From positions 1 to 17,278 of the forward strand of contig CAXIUT010000262.1 in NCBI GenBank assembly GCA_964035545.1: 17,278 nt of DNA. The letters are read 5' to 3'. The translations under genes and the position numbers were made by a program. The notes below the pieces were generated by a model. That model did not search any database. It was not told the origin of the DNA and saw only the letters and a program-made list of their open reading frames with translations. Position 1 is the stretch's first letter. The number at the start of each line of letters is the position of its first letter. Below, piece after piece: positions 12,875 to 17,278 of this stretch. The DNA is from Bugula neritina. Taxonomy: Eukaryota; Animalia; Bryozoa.

Positions 12875-13788
12875 ATGCTTATGCTTAAATAACTTTTGCT
12901 TTTGAGTGTTCTCTTGGTTCTTACTCAAACTTGGTGGGATAAGGGGCATATGATGGTCTCTCAAATTGCCTGGAATCATCTAACTAATACCAAAAGATAA
13001 GCTCATCGTGATAGTTTCAACTAACTTGTTGTAGCCTTTAATAAATTTACTGACGGAAGGTCACAAACTTTCGTATAAGCCGCTGTATGGGCAGATGATA
13101 TCAAATCCTATGGAGCTAATATCTTTGATAGCTATCACTTCACCAACATGTACCTCTATTTATATTTAGAGTTTATGACCCTGACTATACATTTAATGGA
13201 ATGAGTTCGTTTCAGCAAGACGTCAATGCTATCAATATCATCAACTGGTGCCAAAATGTATTGAAATTAAACCAAAATACTATTTCTTTTGAAAGAGCTT
13301 GGATGGCGAGATATTTACTGCATCTTGTGGGAGATATTCATCAACCTTTGCATAGCACCAATATGTTCAATGGTAGTTTCAAAACTGGTGACCTTGGAGG
13401 CAATCTCATCAAGATACTGATTCTTAATGGAACTACAATGAATTTACATGCTTATTTCGATTCAATAGCTTTAGACCAAGATTCTGATCCAAGCAACAGA
13501 ATTCAAAGACCTTTAAACGATTCCTTCAGAGCCTACTTATAAGACGAATCACTAAAGATAATGAAACAGTATCCACCTGAATCTTTGGTTGATGAAATAG
13601 CTGTAAAGGATCCAAAGAGGTGGGGAGTGGATTCTTTTGAAATAGCAGTTGATAAGATCTATTCTTTTACTAAGAAGTCAAACCAAATAACTGAGGAATA
13701 CCAGAAATAGATGAGAGATATTTGTTTTAGACAGATAGCGTTGGCTGGATATCGATTGGCTTAGGCTATTGATCGCATATATGTTTGA
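12875..13788 (+). CDS. Secreted S1/P1 (class I) nuclease, 297 aa; join(12875..13149,13170..13788)
   Basis: Signal peptide followed by the mature N-terminus WWDKGHMMVSQIA, then AAVWADDIK, YHF, LLHLVGDIHQPLH, GDLGGN, NLHAYFDS and RQIALAGYRLA, the Zn-binding motifs of the family. Confidence 0.96.
13150..13169 (+). other. 20-nt intron GTACCTCTATTTATATTTAG
   Basis: Removal joins YHFTNI to VYDPD, in frame with the downstream HQPLH exon. Confidence 0.9.
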
Positions 13789-13822
13789 TCATTGGAATTT
13801 AAATAGAATTTTATTATAGAAT

Positions 13823-15187
13823 ATGGGAAATTAAGTAGAAAAACAAAGACAAACTCACAGGCATCACTACATATTTGATAAAATAAATTAAAATAAACCT
13901 ATAGAACTAGGATTCAAAAAACAATAATTCAAAGAAAAAGACAATAGACCAGTTCAAAAACATCAAAGAAAATAAAATATCATGATAAAACCATCTACTT
14001 CAATAGAACATAAATCAAAAAGATATCTATCTTTAACTAAATAAACTAGTCACCATGACAATGGGTCAGTGTTATCTAGGTGTAGTAGTAAGTAGAAAAG
14101 AGGAATTTCTATGACTCCTATTAAATAACAAACTCAAAAAAGAAGCATAAAATAAGTCATAAACTATCAACCTAAAATTAATAAAAATTAACATATGTAT
14201 TGTAAATATCAAAAACCACCCAAAAATATATCAAAATGCCATTCATACAAATAAATACCCACCCATATAACTCAACAACCAATTTCTTACAATATTCCTG
14301 CTAGAAGTCTAAATACAATTCCAGCTTAAACATCTGAATCTTCCATCAGAACTAGTCTTAACTATTAAAATCAACCCAACATTCACATCAGTTATGCTTT
14401 ACCCCAAAATAAACAAAAATAAAGCAATATCAGTCATAATCATCCTTCTAGAATATATCAAAGGTCATAAAAGTATTTAAATGAAGAAGATCACCCAAAG
14501 AAGTTGAAAAAGGTGGCTTTGACTCGCAGCTAAACAAACAAAACATAAAAATCACAAATTTATAATCAAGAAGAATCAGTCAATATCAATGAATGTTCAG
14601 AATTAAGCATTCTCAAACATAAAATGAAATAATAATCAAAATACAACCTTCCCAGAGATTTTAATCAAATAAACAGTAATAAATAAATATATCCTCTTAA
14701 AATATAACCTATCGATCTCAAAGAAAACAGTCATAAATCTTCACTATCTAATCATAGCTATAAATAAACATAAAGCAAATACGCCTTTTCTCATCAAAAT
14801 TACCACTCTGAACTAGCACAAATAAAAATAGATGAACTAATTGACCACAAACCCCTATCCCACTCGATTCTCAAAGAAAGCATAGTGAATAACTACTCAC
14901 TAGCTTTGGATATTTGGCCATAAAACAACAATACTTTACAACTATAATAAAAAATAGACAAATAAGCTATATCAAAAGCATTAATAGAATAACCCTGCTT
15001 CAACTTCCCAACCACAACAGATCTATCATACTACTCAGGAAATGACAATGGCTCTTTTATTCCCATAAAACCCATTCACAACAATAACACAACTTATATT
15101 CAACTATCAAATGATGAACTGCTGGAATACTGTAAACCGAATATAAATGCTCAAGTTATGGAAGACATCAGAAAGCTATAACGTTGA
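13823..15187 (+). CDS. Hypothetical 454-aa low-complexity (K/N/S/Q/E-rich) protein, possible N-myristoylation (MGNE...)
   Basis: 1365-nt TGA-free frame from the ATG at 13823 to the TGA at 15185-15187. It fills the space between neighbouring genes. No recognised domain. Confidence 0.75.
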
Positions 15188-15239
15188 TATTTATATCATT
15201 ATTTAGAATATCTAATTATAAGTATTGATTATCATACTA

Positions 15240-15707
15240 TCATACTCTTACCATCGCCTAGAGAAATAGTTAGAAAGTGATAAATCCAGTAAAATCTAAA
15301 TCCAAGTCAAAAAATATTGTATCGATGTCCTTGCTTTTCACATTCTATCCCAATCTTATCAGTCCATTTTTTATTTACAATGATGTCAGATGTTCTTAAC
15401 CATTGGCAAAAAACATAAATATCCTTTTAAAATCTGCCTACACCTCCTCATCAATACTAATTCTAGCATAAATACCCAATATTTACTCAGCCAAAAGATA
15501 CTCATCTCTTCTATGATACAACTTCTACATTATCCCATAGATATCACTATCCTGCAAATGATACCCTTGAACTTTGAGAAAATACTGACATTGGTAGACA
15601 TTAAATCGAGTCCTAGCCGGAAAATCTTTCACCAGTTGAGCCTTCAACTCCCTATATTGCTATGGCTTCAATTGGTAGTGAAAACGAGTGCTCTATTTCT
15701 ATTACAT
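15240..15707 (-). CDS. Divergent calmodulin/centrin-like EF-hand protein, 155 aa
   Basis: C-lobe reads ADFKRIFMFF...LEIKNGLIRLGENVKSKDIDTIFFDLDLDFTGFITFELFLEAMVRV*, matching the CaM/centrin LGE..D-x-D-x-x-G-x-I pattern. There is an alternative in-frame ATG at 15749. Confidence 0.82.
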
Positions 15708-15769
15708 CTATGGAATATATATATCGAATGCTAAAAATAATAAGATCATGCATATGATGTATCAGATAA

Positions 15770-15847
15770 GGGGTTGGGGTTGGGGTTGGGGTTGGGGTTG
15801 GGGTTGGGGTTGGGGTTGGGGTTGGGGGGGTTGGGGTTGGGGTTGGG
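15770..15847 (+). repeat. Internal (GGGGTT)n telomeric tract, the right telomere of the 1-15847 molecule
   Basis: About 13 G4T2 units with one irregular G7 run at 15824-15830. Orientation matches a right end. Confidence 0.95.
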
Positions 15848-16697
15848 CTTTGAACTTCTATACTTCTCCTCCATCCTTCCTGAACTTCTCTCAGTTGTTT
15901 CTATAATTTTTATATTTTTATTTCAAGTTCATAAATCTATCTTAAAAAACTAGTACTTTTCCCTCATAGGCATTGCTTTGGTCTAAACACTCTTGCTGAA
16001 TGGTGTTAATTAGTGATTTATATCTTTATAGTTATCCACTTTCAAGATCTGCCTTTCTTTCTTGTTATATTTTTAATTTTTTTAATTTAGAGTATTAACT
16101 TTTGTGTTTCTCGATATCAAAGGCTAGTTTGTTATTATCCATTTTGATATTCTTATTCTATGATGCTAAAGCCCTCAACTCCTAAATCAATTCACTAGAT
16201 ATCAATAAATATACCTAACATTAGAATGGTTAACTGCCTTTAGTTAATTTTTCATTTCTGTAAACTTTACCATTTCTTTACTATAATTCCTAAATAAATC
16301 AATTTGTACTTGATTTCTTCTTACATATTGAGACAATGTTTAACAAGATTTCTATGCTACTTTTATAATTCATTCAAAACTCCATTTTTCTTTACTCCTC
16401 TAGATCGACTTGACCCCTCTCGATGAAATTCGTTAATTACTCTTACATACTTCTAGTTTAATGCTAAGTAGCTTTATCTATACCTAATATATCGATTTTA
16501 TTCTTTTCTAGATCAACTATTTAAGTAGATAGTCGACCGATTCGTTCAATAAGTTGTTTATTTTTACGACGAAGAAAAAGAACTTATCCCTGTTATGCCT
16601 ATACTAGTCTATGGGCTAGTTTCTTTTGCTCTGCCATAGATACATTGAGTGAAGCTTTGGTATCAGTAGTGATGGATTTATTTTTCCCTAGACTCAT
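15848..16697 (-). CDS. Coiled-coil protein, 3'-truncated (about 256 codons, no stop), with four 20-nt introns at 16464-16483, 16290-16309, 16195-16214 and 15937-15956
   Basis: ATG at 16697 (MSLGKNKSITTDTK). Removing the four GTA..TAG 20-mers yields a continuous heptad-like frame ending GKIYELEIKIEKLEKQLREVQEGWRRSIEVQ, which runs directly into telomeric repeat. Confidence 0.78.
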
Positions 16698-16751
16698 CAA
16701 CGAATAAAATAACCAATAATGGCAAAACCAATTTAAATAAACATCAATAAA

Positions 16752-17146
16752 TCAAAAAATGTTATTATCAGTATTCCTCATCTCATTAAAGAAAGAATTC
16801 TTTAACAACTAACCCACTGTCACTCGCCTCTGATAGTGTGGAACCAACATCTTGTCTATCATACCTCTCAAATCACTATCAACTATCAAAGATCGATCAT
16901 ACTATCCCTGAATACGATTAAACTTACCTTGATAATCAATCTTTTAGTCTCATCTTGACTGATATTGAAGAAAGGTGGTCTTCCCACAAACAACTCATAG
17001 GCAATACAACCTAGAGACCAGATATCAATCCTATTATCATAAACAAGTTGAGTTAGTATTTAAGGAGCCACATAATCCAATGTTCCCACATATTACAAAG
17101 AACCATTCGAACAAGAACTGCCAAAATCACCTATCTTGTATGTGTT
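16752..17146 (-). CDS. Ser/Thr protein kinase C-lobe fragment (Aurora-like), 5'-truncated by the telomere; join(17146..16928,16907..16752)
   Basis: Reads [11 protein letters not shown]...VGTLDYVAP(TAA=E)IL...[24 protein letters not shown]...[16 protein letters not shown], with TGA at 16754-16752. The N-lobe and HRD motif are absent. Confidence 0.92.
16908..16927 (-). other. 20-nt intron GTAAGTTTAATCGTATTCAG
   Basis: Canonical GTAAGT donor. Removal joins RLIIK to GEYD and the subdomain XI region. Confidence 0.9.
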
Positions 17147-17160
17147 CTACCTAAAATAAA

Positions 17161-17278
17161 GGGGTTGGGGTTGGGGTTGGGGTTGGGGTTGGGGTTGGGG
17201 TTGGGGTTGGGGTTGGGGTTGGGGTTGGGGTTGGGGTTGGGGTTGGGGTTGGGGTTGGGGTTGGGGTTGGGGTTGGGG
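17161..17278 (+). repeat. Right terminal telomere, (GGGGTT)n
   Basis: 118 nt of perfect G4T2 repeats running to the end of the window. Confidence 0.98.

Noticed and set aside
15688-15906. ORF-track protein with GW repeats (Argonaute-hook-like)
   Set aside because: It is simply the translation of the (GGGGTT)n telomeric tract.
15755-17160. Shared telomere-addition motif (ATAA/ATAAA before G4T2 at 15769 and 17160)
   Set aside because: It is too short and AT-rich to be meaningful with three junctions, the left junction differs, and no Tetrahymena Cbs-like element was seen.

Overview
This is AT-rich ciliate macronuclear DNA, not prokaryotic. Both ends carry Tetrahymena-type telomeres: (CCCCAA)n at 1-80 and (GGGGTT)n at 17161-17278. 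A third (GGGGTT)n tract lies internally at 15770-15847. The supplied standard-code ORF track is misleading because TAA and TAG are sense codons. Conserved motifs (kinase AP-TAA, EF-hand LG-TAG-N, OYE paralog alignment) show they encode glutamate, as in the peritrich code (table 30), not glutamine. TGA is the only stop seen. Read this way, 1-15847 is a complete telomere-to-telomere minichromosome of about 15.8 kb with 9 tightly packed genes: an E/K-rich protein, a 1533-aa Cys-rich multi-TM protein, two tandem Old Yellow Enzymes, a SET methyltransferase, a TraB-like putative mitochondrial protein, an S1/P1 nuclease, a low-complexity MG-start protein and a calmodulin/centrin-like protein. Joined to its right telomere is a 1.3-kb piece holding a 3'-truncated coiled-coil gene and a 5'-truncated protein kinase capped by a telomere. 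All 8 complete introns I could infer are exactly 20 nt, with consensus GTA-N11-A-NN-YAG. All translations were done by hand and no database searches were run.
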